NCBI GenBank assembly: GCA_001661245.1 | Contig: KV454013.1 | Span: 1,024,502-1,088,501 of the forward strand | DNA length: 64,000 nt | Direction of reading: 5' to 3' | Source: Pachysolen tannophilus NRRL Y-2460 | Taxonomy: Eukaryota | In this document: positions 31,789 to 44,053 of the stretch, in pieces | How the letters are laid out: each line of letters begins with the position of its first letter | How positions within the stretch are numbered: position 1 is the stretch's first letter | Notes under the pieces: model-generated | Told to the model about the DNA's origin: nothing | What the model saw: only the letters and a program-made list of their open reading frames with translations | Database searches by the model: none | Position numbers and translations under genes: made by a program

Positions 31789-34700
31789 TTAGGCTTGTAA
31801 TGCCAATTCTTCCAATAATTTAAAGTTACGCTTTTCAATTGCACCATTACCTGGTAATCTTGAAGAGCCCAGTAAATACGTATCGACTTCACGAGCACAT
31901 TGACGACCTTCTTGGATACCCCAAACAACTAAAGATTGACCACGTCTACAATCACCTGCTGCAAACAAGTTATCATCTGCAGTGACACGATAGCCGTTAG
32001 GATTTGAAGTTGAAATGGTTCCACGCTTGGTACGAACGACTTCTAAATTTTCTGCTTCTGGTCCGACAAACCCCATGGAAAGTAAGACTATATCAGCTGG
32101 GAAAAATTCTTCTGAGCCTGGAACTTCAGCCATTTGCCATGCACCACTCTCGGATTTCTTCCATTCTACCCTAACTGTGTTGATACCTTTAACATTTCCA
32201 TTTCCATCATCTACAAATTCTTTAGAAAGAATGCAATATTCTCTTGGATCTTTACCATAATGGGCAGCAACTTCGGAATGACCATAATCTACACGGAAAA
32301 TACGTGGCCATTGAGGCCATGGATTATCCTTGGCACGAGTTGCAGGTGGATGAGGTAAAAGTTCAAAATTTATAACTGATTTTGCACCATGACGAGTAGC
32401 AGTACCTAAACAATCGTTACCAGTATCACCACCACCAATGACAATAACATGCTTGCCTTCTAATTGTTCCCTGATTTCTGGTAAATGATCATCCAACAAC
32501 GCTTGAGTATTAGACTTCAATAATTGCATTGCAAACATAATGTTGCTCAATTGACGACCAGGAATACGTAAATCTCTAGGAATAGTTGAACCGACAGAAA
32601 ATACAACTGCATCATTATCACTTTTTAATTCTTCAACAGTGATATCTTCACCAACAGTTGTGCTACAAATAAAATCAATTCCTTCCAGTTCCATTAAATC
32701 GGTACGACGTTTAACAACACGTTTATCCAATTTCATATTTGGAATACCATACATCAATAAACCACCTGGTCTGTCAGCACGTTCATAAACAGTAACTTTA
32801 TGGCCAGCTTTATTCAACTGATCAGCACAAGCCAAACCAGCAGGACCAGAACCAATGACTGCAATAGTTTTTCCTGTACGAAGTTTTGGAGCAATAGGCT
32901 TGATCCAACCTTGTTCAAAAGCATGGTCAATAATGGCTGCTTCAACAGATTTAATACCAACAGGATCTTCATTAATACCCAAGACACAGGCACCTTCACA
33001 TGGAGCAGGACAAATTCTACCTGTAAATTCAGGAAAGTTGTTTGTCATCAATAAACGTTGTAAAGCATCAAACCATCTATCTTTAAAAATCAATTCATTC
33101 CATTTTGGAATAACGTTACTAATTGGACAACCACTGTCACTAGTACAGAATGGAACACCACAATCCATACAACGAGCTGTTTGGTACTTCAATTCATCTT
33201 TTGTAAGACGTTGCGAAAGTTCAGCCCAATCTTTTGCTCTTTCCTTTGCTGGTCTATATTTTTCTGAACGACGTTTGTACTTCATGAAACCTCTAACTTT
33301 ATCTAAAGTTTCGACTTTCTTACCTTCGGCTTTAACATCGACGATAGTATCTTCGAGATCTAAAACTTTTGGCTCCTTTTCTGCATCTTTAGCTGAAACA
33401 ACTAATTTACCCTTCTTGCTACGCAAGATTTCACCATTAGTAATATCAGCTTCTGGATCTTCCTTGATTGACTTATAGAAAACACTAATCTCCTTCTTCT
33501 TAGCCTCTTCTTTTAATTTCTTTTCTTCCTCCAAGACACGTTTATAGTCTATAGGTAAAACTTTAACAAATCTTGGTAAGATTCTATTGAAATCATTCAA
33601 GATACGACTTGCCAATTCAGAAGCAGTATAGTGATGATGATCTTCAATTAATCCACGTAAGAAAGCAATTTCTACAGGATCAGTTAATCTTGATAATTCA
33701 ACCATCTCGGAGTTAACTTTGGTGTCGAATTCTTGACCCATATCGAGAACATAAGCAATACCACCAGACATACCAGCGGCAAAGTTACGACCTGTAGTAC
33801 CCAAAACAACAACACGACCACCAGTCATATATTCACATCCATGATCACCACAACCTTCTACAACAGCAGTGGCACCGGAGTTACGAACACAGAAACGTTC
33901 AGCAGCAATACCACGAATAAAAGCAGAACCAGAAGTAGCACCATACAAACAAGTGTTACCAATAATAATGTTCTCTTCTGCTTTAAATTTTGAGTCCTTT
34001 GGCGGATAAACAATAAGACGACCACCTGATAAGGACTTACCAAAATAATCGTTAGAATCACCGGTAAGTTCTAAAGTAATACCAGGAGCCAAGAAGGCAC
34101 CAAAAGATTGCCCTGCGCTACCTCTAACATTGACATGGACAGTGTCATGTGGTAAACCTTGTTCACCAAATTTCTTAGAAACACGATAAGATAAAGTAGC
34201 ACCCAATGCACGATCCGTATTAATAATGTCACAGTCAATGGTGACCGGTAATCCTTTTTCTAAAGTAACTTCTGCCTCATCGACCAACTTATTATCTAAG
34301 CGGACATGTAATCTGTGATCTTGTTTCTTGATACATCTAGTAGCAACTCCTGGACGAATTGTATGTGCAGGAGTTAAGATAGGTGAAAGATCGATATTTG
34401 CATTTTTAGTAGTACGCAAGTTTTCATTAACTTTTAACTTTTCTGCACGGCCTACCATTTCATCAATCGTTCTAAAACCTAATTGGGCCATAATTTGTCT
34501 CAACTCATTAGAAATGTAATAGAATAAATTTATGACATGTTCAGGGGTACCTTCAAATTTCTTTCTTAATTCAGGATCCTGAGTTGCAATACCAACTGGG
34601 CAACTATTCAAGTGACACTTACGCATCATGATACATCCTAATGAGATTAATGGTAATGTGGCTAAACAGAATTCTTCAGCGCCTAATAAACAGGCAATGG

Positions 34701-37700
34701 CAATATCTCTTCCTGTTCTCAAATTTCCGTCAGTTTGAACTGCAACTCTTCCACGTAAATCATTCAAGACCAAAGTTTGGTGAGTTTCAGCCAAACCTAA
34801 CTCCCATGGAAGACCTGCATATTTAATACCTGACCAACGAGCAGCACCAGTACCACCATCGTGACCAGAAATCAAGATATGATCTGCTTTTGCTTTAGCA
34901 ACACCTGAAGCAATAATACCAACACCAACTTCAGAAACTAACTTAACTGAGACACGAGCTCTTGGGTTAGCACATTTTAAGTCATAGATCAATTGTTTTA
35001 AATCTTCAATGGAATAAATATCGTGATGCGGTGGTGGGGAAATTAAACCAACACCTGGGGTAGAATGTCTTGTTTTTGCAATACTTTTAGAAACCTTGTG
35101 AGCTGGTAATTCTCCACCTTCACCTGGCTTAGCACCTTGTGCCATCTTGATTTGCAACTCATCAGCATCTGACAAATACCAAGATGTAACACCAAATCTT
35201 CCTGATGCAACTTGTTTAATCGCAGATCTCATAGTATCACCATTAGAATTGAAAGTGGAGCGCTCTTGGTCTTCACCACCTTCACCTGTATTTGATTTTC
35301 CTCCTAATCTATTCATCGCAACAGCCAAAGTTGAGTGTGCTTCCATAGAAATAGAACCATATGACATACCACCTGTGGCAAAACGTCTAACAATTTCAGT
35401 CCATGGCTCAACTTGGTCAATTGGTACCGGTATTGAGTTTTCATAATCAAAATCTAACAATCCTCTCAAAGTACAATTTTTAATGGCTTCATATTCCTTC
35501 TTAGCGTAAGCGTCATAAGCTTTTTCATTTTTATTACGAACAGCATCCTGAATATTGGCAATTGCTGCTGGTTCATTTATGTGGGCTTCTCCACCATCTC
35601 TCCAGTGATATTCACCCGTTTCCGGTAATCCAATTTCTTTGATGGTTTCTCTAGTTGGGTAACCACGTTCATGTAAAGAGAATGCATCCTGAGCAATATA
35701 TTCAAAAGTAACACCTTTAATTCTTGAAGCTGTACCGGCAAAACATTTATCAATGACTGAATTATCAATACCTAGAGCTTCAAAAATTTGAGCACCTTTA
35801 TAAGATGCTAATGTTGAAATACCCATCTTGGACATGATCTTGAGGATACCACCATCTATAGAGTGTTTATAATTCTCTATAATCTGCTGATCGGTCATGT
35901 CTTTTCTAATTAAACCTTCGTGGTTCAATCTAATTAAAGTTTCCATAACCAAGTATGGGTTAACGGCATCTGCACCATAACCAACTAAACAACAAATGTG
36001 ATGGACTTCTCTAGCTTCAGCTGTTTCTACAATAAGTGCAACTTTCGAACGTAATTTCTGTCTAACTAAATGATGATGAACTGCACCAATAGCCATTAGC
36101 GCAGATATAGCAACTCTATCAGCACAAACTGCACGATCAGTCAAGGTTATAATTTGACGATTTTCAGCAATTGCTTCTGTAGCCTCTTCACATATACGAT
36201 CAATAGTTTCTGCATAACCAGCTAATCCTTCAGATTTACGGAATGTGATATCAATTGTAGCTACTGTCCATTTTGGATAAACTTTACTTATATTTCCTAA
36301 AGCTTTAAATTCTTCGATTGAAAGGACAGGAGAAGGCATAAGTAATCTATTACATTGATCTGGTTTCATTTCCAAGATATTACCTTGTGGACCAATATAA
36401 CATTCTAAAGACATTACAATAGCTTCTCTTATTGGATCAATTGGAGGATTGGTAACTTGAGCAAATAATTCACGGAAATATTCATAAAGAATTTTTGGTT
36501 GTTCAGATAAACATGCCAATGCTGTGTCATTACCCATAGATCCCAATGCTTCTTTACCATCTACTGCCATTGGTCCCAAAATCAATAATAATTGTTCATG
36601 AGAATAACCAAAAGCCGGTAATCTTGAATCAGTTTCAACACTAACATTTGGATCTAAAACAGGTTTCAATTCTTCATATCCAAGACCTTTTGAGCTTAAT
36701 TTAGTAAATAATTCAGGCATTGTTATTAAATTTGCCAAGATCCATGATTTAAAATCTACTCTTGACGCAACTTTATTTTTCAATTCACGATCATCTACAA
36801 TTCTACCTTCTTTAGTATCAACTAATAACATACGACCAGGATGAAGTCTTCCCTTTTTAACAATTCTTTCAGGTTCGATATGAGGGATTACACCAACTTC
36901 TGAAGCACATATGATACGGTCATCATCTGTTATATAGTATCGACAAGGTCTTAAACCGTTACGGTCCAAATTAGCACCACAGTACCTTCCATCTGCAAAA
37001 GTGAATAAAGCAGGACCATCCCATGGTTCTGAAAGACAAGCTGCCCATTCGTAAAAAGCTCTTCTTTTCAGGTCTATATTTGGGTTATTTTGCCAAGCTT
37101 CTGGCACTAGGACCATTATAGCTTCTGGTAATGACAAGACACCATTAATGACCAACAATTCCAAGACGTTATCTAATGCAGCAGAATCGGAACCTCCTTC
37201 TTCAATGATTGGATATAATTTATCCAACTCATCACCAAATAATTTTGATGCCATAACACCTTCTCTTGCTCTCATCCAATTTTTATTTCCTCTTAAAGTA
37301 TTTATTTCACCATTATGAGCAGCCCATCTAAGTGGTTGAGCTCTATCCCAAGATGGGAAAGTATTCGTTGAAAATCTTGAATGAACCAAAGCAAAATGAG
37401 CTTCATATTCTGAATTAACCAAATCATGATAATAGTTATAAACTTGAGCTGGAACCAATTGACCTTTATATACAATATTTTTATTTGATAAAGAACAAAT
37501 ATAAAACCAATTATGTAATCCGATAGTATGTGTTGATTGTTTACGTAAGATGAATAATTGTCTTTCAAAATGTTTTTCATATTTATCTTCAAAAACTTCC
37601 ATTGTAATATCTTCACGTGGTTTATTACCATTTCCATAAGCTTCTTCTAATACAACTAAAGGTTGTAAAATTAAAGGTTCTCTTGAAAGAGAAGCTGGTC

Positions 37701-38211
37701 CTAATATAGCAGAATCATGTGGAACTTTTCTCCAACCTAATACTCTTAAACCTAAAGATTTTGCAATATTTTCAAAAGTAATTTTTGATTTTTCAAAAAC
37801 AATTTCATCATTTTTGAAAAAAACATTACCAACAGCATATTGACCTAACATAGGTATTTGAATTTTACATAAATATTCAAATTCTCTTTGCATAAATTTA
37901 TGAGGAATAGAAGTCATTACCCCTGCACCATCTCCATCTCTTGCATCTGATCCCACAGCACCTCTATGGGTCATATTACATAACAAGAAACCAGCATCAG
38001 AAACAATCTTATGAGAAACGCTTCCCTTTATATGACATGCAAAACCAACACCACAAGCATCTTTTTCTAGATCTGGATTATATAAACCTTTGGCCGTTGG
38101 AATAGAAGATGCCCATGACTTATTACTTGGAACTTCATCATAATCATAAACTGAATACTCTTCCTTCTCTTGCTGCTTCTCTTGCTGTTGCTGTTGCTGT
38201 TGCTGAACCAT
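31789..38211 (-). CDS. GLT1: NADH-dependent glutamate synthase (GOGAT), fused large and small subunits
   Basis: 2140 aa. EKDACGVGF (Ntn Cys), HSRFSTNTFP, KMAQGAKPGEGG, CIMMRKCHLNSCPVG, RCMDCGVPFC, GSGPAG and AGDCRRGQSLVVW. Confidence 0.99.
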   Translation of the reverse strand: MVQQQQQQQQEKQQEKEEYSVYDYDEVPSNKSWASSIPTAKGLYNPDLEKDACGVGFACHIKGSVSHKIVSDAGFLLCNMTHRGAVGSDARDGDGAGVMTSIPHKFMQREFEYLCKIQIPMLGQYAVGNVFFKNDEIVFEKSKITFENIAKSLGLRVLGWRKVPHDSAILGPASLSREPLILQPLVVLEEAYGNGNKPREDITMEVFEDKYEKHFERQLFILRKQSTHTIGLHNWFYICSLSNKNIVYKGQLVPAQVYNYYHDLVNSEYEAHFALVHSRFSTNTFPSWDRAQPLRWAAHNGEINTLRGNKNWMRAREGVMASKLFGDELDKLYPIIEEGGSDSAALDNVLELLVINGVLSLPEAIMVLVPEAWQNNPNIDLKRRAFYEWAACLSEPWDGPALFTFADGRYCGANLDRNGLRPCRYYITDDDRIICASEVGVIPHIEPERIVKKGRLHPGRMLLVDTKEGRIVDDRELKNKVASRVDFKSWILANLITMPELFTKLSSKGLGYEELKPVLDPNVSVETDSRLPAFGYSHEQLLLILGPMAVDGKEALGSMGNDTALACLSEQPKILYEYFRELFAQVTNPPIDPIREAIVMSLECYIGPQGNILEMKPDQCNRLLMPSPVLSIEEFKALGNISKVYPKWTVATIDITFRKSEGLAGYAETIDRICEEATEAIAENRQIITLTDRAVCADRVAISALMAIGAVHHHLVRQKLRSKVALIVETAEAREVHHICCLVGYGADAVNPYLVMETLIRLNHEGLIRKDMTDQQIIENYKHSIDGGILKIMSKMGISTLASYKGAQIFEALGIDNSVIDKCFAGTASRIKGVTFEYIAQDAFSLHERGYPTRETIKEIGLPETGEYHWRDGGEAHINEPAAIANIQDAVRNKNEKAYDAYAKKEYEAIKNCTLRGLLDFDYENSIPVPIDQVEPWTEIVRRFATGGMSYGSISMEAHSTLAVAMNRLGGKSNTGEGGEDQERSTFNSNGDTMRSAIKQVASGRFGVTSWYLSDADELQIKMAQGAKPGEGGELPAHKVSKSIAKTRHSTPGVGLISPPPHHDIYSIEDLKQLIYDLKCANPRARVSVKLVSEVGVGIIASGVAKAKADHILISGHDGGTGAARWSGIKYAGLPWELGLAETHQTLVLNDLRGRVAVQTDGNLRTGRDIAIACLLGAEEFCLATLPLISLGCIMMRKCHLNSCPVGIATQDPELRKKFEGTPEHVINLFYYISNELRQIMAQLGFRTIDEMVGRAEKLKVNENLRTTKNANIDLSPILTPAHTIRPGVATRCIKKQDHRLHVRLDNKLVDEAEVTLEKGLPVTIDCDIINTDRALGATLSYRVSKKFGEQGLPHDTVHVNVRGSAGQSFGAFLAPGITLELTGDSNDYFGKSLSGGRLIVYPPKDSKFKAEENIIIGNTCLYGATSGSAFIRGIAAERFCVRNSGATAVVEGCGDHGCEYMTGGRVVVLGTTGRNFAAGMSGGIAYVLDMGQEFDTKVNSEMVELSRLTDPVEIAFLRGLIEDHHHYTASELASRILNDFNRILPRFVKVLPIDYKRVLEEEKKLKEEAKKKEISVFYKSIKEDPEADITNGEILRSKKGKLVVSAKDAEKEPKVLDLEDTIVDVKAEGKKVETLDKVRGFMKYKRRSEKYRPAKERAKDWAELSQRLTKDELKYQTARCMDCGVPFCTSDSGCPISNVIPKWNELIFKDRWFDALQRLLMTNNFPEFTGRICPAPCEGACVLGINEDPVGIKSVEAAIIDHAFEQGWIKPIAPKLRTGKTIAVIGSGPAGLACADQLNKAGHKVTVYERADRPGGLLMYGIPNMKLDKRVVKRRTDLMELEGIDFICSTTVGEDITVEELKSDNDAVVFSVGSTIPRDLRIPGRQLSNIMFAMQLLKSNTQALLDDHLPEIREQLEGKHVIVIGGGDTGNDCLGTATRHGAKSVINFELLPHPPATRAKDNPWPQWPRIFRVDYGHSEVAAHYGKDPREYCILSKEFVDDGNGNVKGINTVRVEWKKSESGAWQMAEVPGSEEFFPADIVLLSMGFVGPEAENLEVVRTKRGTISTSNPNGYRVTADDNLFAAGDCRRGQSLVVWGIQEGRQCAREVDTYLLGSSRLPGNGAIEKRNFKLLEELALQA

Positions 38212-39424
38212 TATTCAGTGAGATCCAATAATATTAAGTACCCAACAATAATTACGTTAATAAATACACTACGCTAAATAATTATATATGTATATGACTA
38301 ACAACAACAGAGATAGTAGCTTTATTAGCACTAGTAGCGGTAGTAAATAAATAAAATAGGTATTTTTGATTTTATATATAAACTGAAAAAAAAAAGGAAA
38401 AAGGAAGAAGAAAAAGAAAATAAAACTTAATATAAGATTGATTGATTTATTATATTAAATTATTGAATAAATTAATTATTTATTTATTTAGTGGATAAAT
38501 TTTTTCTTTTTGGACACTTATGAAAGGTAGGTAAAAAGGAGGGGTTCTTACACATATAACAAACATCAACTTAGTTTTAAAAAGAATACTTTCTCGCTTT
38601 ATTTGTTTGTTTCCGGTACGACGGCCTATAAGTTTTTAACTTTTTACATTTACATTTACATTTACAAGTACATTTTCATGCGTTGCGCCGCCCTGGAACC
38701 CTCATATCTCCCACGCTTGATCAGTGGTCTAATCTCGTATCGCGGGCCAATAAAAGATTTTTAATTATTAAACACTACTACTAATTGTAAATAGTATGAT
38801 ATATATAGTACAATAATAGTATGTTATGGTATGCCGGATTCGGGCCTGAATCCGAATGAAAAAAAAAGAAAAAAAAAAAAAAACAAACCTGCACCACTCA
38901 CACCACTTGCTTTTTTTGTACGCCACTCTTACTTGCCACTCATTCTACTCTCGCCACTAACTTAATTTGAGGTATTTGGTATTTGAGCTTAACCAACCTT
39001 TGCACCACATGTATAACAGAACATAACAAGCACCGCTCATAATTGACACGTGATGCACTTTTTCAAATTTCAAAATTTTCTATCTGTCACTCAGCTCACT
39101 CACTACTACTACCAACCATCACCACCAAAGAAAAGAGAGAAGAAGGAAAAACCCTGCATAATCTATACTACAACGTTATAAATAAAAGATGAAAAATTTT
39201 ACGCTTCTATGGTAAAAATATGCTACCAAAAGGTGATGGCAAGAATATATATATATTACTATATAATTTAAATTTTTTTAAGTGATGACAAAACCAAAAA
39301 CTAACCAAGAAAAATTTTTTTTTNTTTTTTTTTTTTTTTTTTCTTTTAACAGCGGCAAGAAAAAAGAAAAGAAAAAGAAAAAAAAAAAAACACAGCACAA
39401 AAATTATATGGTAGTGCACGTTTG

Positions 39425-39450
39425 TCCGTATATATATATATATATACGGA
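39425..39450. repeat. Perfect 26-bp palindrome TCCG(TA)9CGGA
   Basis: tccgtatatatatatatatatacgga read directly. Confidence 0.85.
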
Positions 39451-40214
39451 AACAAAGCTATTTGTTTTATATATATTAATATATTATTATATATATATAA
39501 TATACATATATATATATGTATATAAATCAAAAAAAATATAAAATTTTCTCTTTTTCCTTTTTTTGTTTTTCATTATCAGTTTGATTAAAACAAAAATCGA
39601 AATAGAAATTTTATTTGGTTTGTAATAGAAATAATATTAATTATTTTCTATTTCTAACTCAAACATAGCAAAAGAAAGAAAGAAAGAGAAAAAAAAATAA
39701 GGAAAAAAATTTTTTTTTTCTTGTTAACTTCTTATTATACAATAGTAGGAGGGAGAACTTTTCGAAATATTCTTTTCTTTTGTTTGTTTTTTTGGAGGTA
39801 TTAAGTTATCGTTCAAAGTCAGTTTCTTATCAATACTTTTACCGCTACTTAAACTCACAAGGTTTTGTGTGTTTTTTATTATCGATTAAGTAATAATATT
39901 ATTGTTTTGATTATTTTATCAGCGATATAAGAGAAGAGCAAAAATATAACCAGTCAAGTTTTATGTTATTCATTTTGATTGATTGATTGATTGATTGACA
40001 TATAATATTGATAATTAACCAAAGACAAAAGCTTTTTTTCCTAAAGAAAAAACAAGAAAAAAAAAGAAAAAAAGAAAAACTTTTTAAACAAGGCAAATAC
40101 AAGAGAAGGAAAAATCGAGCTTTTAATTAAGTCATCGGTTTATTAGTATATTTTCATAAAAACGAGTTCACTCTTTTTTCACTCTTTTTTTTTCATATAA
40201 AGGTTTGTTTAGAA

Positions 40215-41660
40215 ATGTCGGTTTATCCACAAGATTACTATTCAAATAATTTTCAAAACGGTGCTTACCCGTTACCGCTGCTGCACCAGCAACAGCACCA
40301 GCATCAACACGCACGTCAGTATTCTTCGTACCATCCAACGCAGTATCAACATCCACTTTCTGCGCCTTTTATTCAACAGCACCAGGGGAACTATCCCACT
40401 GCAGCCAATACTGCTAATCACACTGCCAATGCTGCTGCTTCTGCTGCTGCCACTGCACCTTATTTTCTGCCACCACTGGCATCAAACAACTGTGGCTACT
40501 TGGGCACTGGGTTTAACACCGCTGGTACATCTACAACAGCTGTTTCTGCTGTTTCTACCGCTCCATCGTTCCATAGTTTTCAATTGCAGCCTCCGCCAAT
40601 GCTGCCTGCTGCTCATGCTCAGCAGCCACAGCCACAGCCACAGCAACAACAGCAACAACAGCAACAACAGGAGAACCTGCAACAGGAAGATCAGCCTGTT
40701 GTCACTGGTGGGGTTTCAGCAATACTTGATTACGATATGGATCAAATTACAAAATTTTTAACTTTACTCAGTATAAACATGTTGAAACAAGATCAAATGG
40801 ATTCAACAAGTTTAGAGATAAAATTGAAAAATGTGTTGAAGGCAACAAGATTATTAAGATCCACTATATTATTAGCAATTATTTATCTTTCAAACAAGAT
40901 CGAAAGTGATAACAGTAACAGTTGCAATAATACAGAAGACGTTTTCACAAACGTTATCATGTCGTTGTTAATTTCAAATAAATTCAATGATGATTCAACT
41001 TTTACAAATAAATCATGGTCACAAGCAAGTGGATTAAATTTAAATATAATTAATAAATTGGAAATAAAATATTTACAAAAATTGAATTATAACTTGCAAA
41101 TTAAAAATGATGCATCAATCAATAGTATTGAAACATCATACAAGAACTGGAGTTTAAATGGTATCCAGAAGACAGAGGCTACTACCAAGAGCAATGGCAA
41201 TGCTCAACTGCAACAGTTATCATCGTTGCCAATGCCATCAAATAATCCTGCCACTGCTTTTTACCCATCTCCGATTTTAGAAGATGGTTTTCCTCCATCT
41301 TCTCCTCCATACGTTACTTATCCATATGGCAACCCAGATGTTTATAGTACTCCTCCACTTCAAGGATCGGGATTTTATGATTACACTGGCCAAACTACTC
41401 CTTACATGACTTCATCTCCATCAGTTGTCACCAACACTAGTGGTAACAGCAATGGCAGCGATAATACGTTTGCCGGCTATTACCAGCAACCGATTCAAGA
41501 TAATACAAGGTATTCTCAGCAGCTGCAACAGCTGCAACAACTGCAACAACAACAACAACAACAACAGGCTGCTGCCGCAGCTGCTATGGCTGGTGGGTAT
41601 TATTCTACTTACCCTGGATTAAGGGATCATTATTATTATTCGCACATTCCGTGCTACTGA
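40215..41660 (+). CDS. CLG1: Pho85-type cyclin-like protein Clg1
   Basis: GGVSAILDYDMDQ, ATRL.RSTILLAIIYL and SNKFNDDSTFTNKSWSQASGL...INKLE...L..LNYNL form the cyclin box. Flanks are rich in Q, A and Y. Confidence 0.85.
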   Translation: MSVYPQDYYSNNFQNGAYPLPLLHQQQHQHQHARQYSSYHPTQYQHPLSAPFIQQHQGNYPTAANTANHTANAAASAAATAPYFLPPLASNNCGYLGTGFNTAGTSTTAVSAVSTAPSFHSFQLQPPPMLPAAHAQQPQPQPQQQQQQQQQQENLQQEDQPVVTGGVSAILDYDMDQITKFLTLLSINMLKQDQMDSTSLEIKLKNVLKATRLLRSTILLAIIYLSNKIESDNSNSCNNTEDVFTNVIMSLLISNKFNDDSTFTNKSWSQASGLNLNIINKLEIKYLQKLNYNLQIKNDASINSIETSYKNWSLNGIQKTEATTKSNGNAQLQQLSSLPMPSNNPATAFYPSPILEDGFPPSSPPYVTYPYGNPDVYSTPPLQGSGFYDYTGQTTPYMTSSPSVVTNTSGNSNGSDNTFAGYYQQPIQDNTRYSQQLQQLQQLQQQQQQQQAAAAAAMAGGYYSTYPGLRDHYYYSHIPCY

Positions 41661-42261
41661 GGGTTTTTTAAAAAAAAAGAAAAAGTAACAGGTGTGTTAC
41701 TTAAAGAGTGGTGGTTATTTTTTGTGTTTTGTGTTCTTTTTTTTTTTTTTTTTCGTATTTTATTTTATTTTATTTTACTGTTTGATTTTCGTGTGTTAAT
41801 TGCGTTGTCTCCGGTACTTGGTACTATTTGTTAGTTTTTTTATTTTTTATTCAATTTTATTTTCATTTCGTGTGCTTTTTTTTTTTTTTTTTTTTTTTAA
41901 ATTATTTCTATAAAAAAAAAAATTATTGAAAATGCAAAAAACAAAAAAAATAAAAAATAAAAAAAAAAGAGATTAAAAATTGAAATCATATTAAAAAAAA
42001 AAAAAAAAAAAATATGTAGGGAAAGAAAGTTATTTACTCCTTTTCCTAATCAAGAGTCTTTAATGTATATTCATATAAAGTTCTTATTATCAGAGAGATG
42101 CTAGTGTTAAGTTTCTAAATTGCTTGAAAGTGTATACGACGAAAATAGAAAAAGAAAAAAAAAAGGAAGAAGAAAAGAAAGAGAATAAAACAATGATTTA
42201 GCTATTATTTTATTTTTGTTCTTTCTCTATTTTTCCTAATTGTTTTTTTTTTTTTTTTTTT

Positions 42262-42868
42262 NNNNNNNNNNNNNNNNNNNNNNNNNNNNNNNNNNNNNNN
42301 NNNNNNNNNNNNNNNNNNNNNNNNNNNNNNNNNNNNNNNNNNNNNNNNNNNNNNNNNNNNNNNNNNNNNNNNNNNNNNNNNNNNNNNNNNNNNNNNNNNN
42401 NNNNNNNNNNNNNNNNNNNNNNNNNNNNNNNNNNNNNNNNNNNNNNNNNNNNNNNNNNNNNNNNNNNNNNNNNNNNNNNNNNNNNNNNNNNNNNNNNNNN
42501 NNNNNNNNNNNNNNNNNNNNNNNNNNNNNNNNNNNNNNNNNNNNNNNNNNNNNNNNNNNNNNNNNNNNNNNNNNNNNNNNNNNNNNNNNNNNNNNNNNNN
42601 NNNNNNNNNNNNNNNNNNNNNNNNNNNNNNNNNNNNNNNNNNNNNNNNNNNNNNNNNNNNNNNNNNNNNNNNNNNNNNNNNNNNNNNNNNNNNNNNNNNN
42701 NNNNNNNNNNNNNNNNNNNNNNNNNNNNNNNNNNNNNNNNNNNNNNNNNNNNNNNNNNNNNNNNNNNNNNNNNNNNNNNNNNNNNNNNNNNNNNNNNNNN
42801 NNNNNNNNNNNNNNNNNNNNNNNNNNNNNNNNNNNNNNNNNNNNNNNNNNNNNNNNNNNNNNNNNNNN
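42262..42868. other. Assembly gap (607 N) flanked by poly-T tracts
   Basis: Run of N in the sequence. Confidence 0.99.
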
Positions 42869-43329
42869 TTTTTTATTTTATTTTTNTTTTTTTTTTTTAT
42901 ATTTGAAATTGAATTATTCAACTGAGAGATGGGTGATTTTTTTTAACTTACGAAGCAATTAATAAGTAAATAAGTAATTGATCTTGCTTGATTTTTTTTT
43001 TTTTTTCTTAATTACCGAGTTTTTTGTATTGTAGTTTTATTATCTGCATAATCAGTAATCAGTCGTGCTAGATCATACAAACTGTCTCTTTTTAGAAATG
43101 CGGCAGTTTTTGTTTTTTTTTTCAGAGTCTCGGTCTTTTCCACCATCATACTAAAGCCTATAAAACGGCGACGTTACTACATGTATGCACCTAAAATAGG
43201 TGGTTCAAATTGTCTTGTAGCGATAACTAACTATAGATTAACTTCTATATTCCGTATTGGAAAAATTTCATCGGGGCATTAGAATTTTTTTTTTTTTTGC
43301 TTATTACTTATTAGTTATTACCTTGAGCA

Positions 43330-43368
43330 TTGAAAATTGAGAATTGAAAATTGAAAATTGAAAATTGA
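43330..43368. repeat. 7-bp tandem repeat (TTGAAAA)n
   Basis: ttgaaaattgagaattgaaaattgaaaattgaaaattga. Confidence 0.8.
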
Positions 43369-44053
43369 GTAATGGCAATCGCCGATTGTACTTGAGAAGG
43401 AAAGAAACGAAAAAAACAAGACAAACTGCAAATATGGCTCAATATTTATTTATGTCCTCATGAGTTTATTTCAAAGTACGGATTTATCCTGGTTTTTTAC
43501 TTTTTTATTTTTTCTCTCGTCTATATACTAATTTAAAACTTAATCAAGATTTTATTGCGGTTGCAGATCTAAGATATCTTAAACCCACTCCCATTTTAGC
43601 GATGAGATGACATTAGCCAATAATAAGATACGTACCTACCTACTAAAAGAAGATTTACAATGTTAGGTCTGATGATATCACGTACAACAACAACAAAAAG
43701 AAAGAAAAAGAAAGCAAAAAAAAAAAGAGGTATCATCCTATCTATCTGTTATCTTTAAAGGACGTAATTGTTTTAAAAAATCTTTATAGTAATAACAATA
43801 GCAATGTTCCTGACATTTTGTTAATATGGAAATGCAAAAAAAAAAAAAAAAAAAAAACTCTATTAAGGCTTCTACGCCGATTAATTTAAAGACCTTTTAA
43901 CCCCAAATTCATCTCCATTTCCCTTTTATTTTTTATTTTTTTATTATCTTTTTGCTTTTTGCTTTTTATTACAGTTTTAGTTTAAAATGCGGTGAAAGCC
44001 TTTTAATATTTTACTGCATTTTAGGATTCCACCGAATCAAAAAAAATTTTCTT

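Noticed and set aside
32015..35446. Numerous antisense ORFs (up to 207 aa) inside GLT1, and similar ones in STT4, HSL1, INO80 and RSE1
   Set aside because: These are shadow ORFs expected from codon bias opposite long genes, with no recognisable motifs.
39207..40102. Short F/K/I/Y-rich ORFs in intergenic DNA (also at 3533, 6069, 22948, 31346 and 46594)
   Set aside because: They are translations of poly-A/T and TA microsatellites.
42205..42962. Two ~240-aa ORFs in the track
   Set aside because: They consist almost entirely of X from the N gap and are artefacts.
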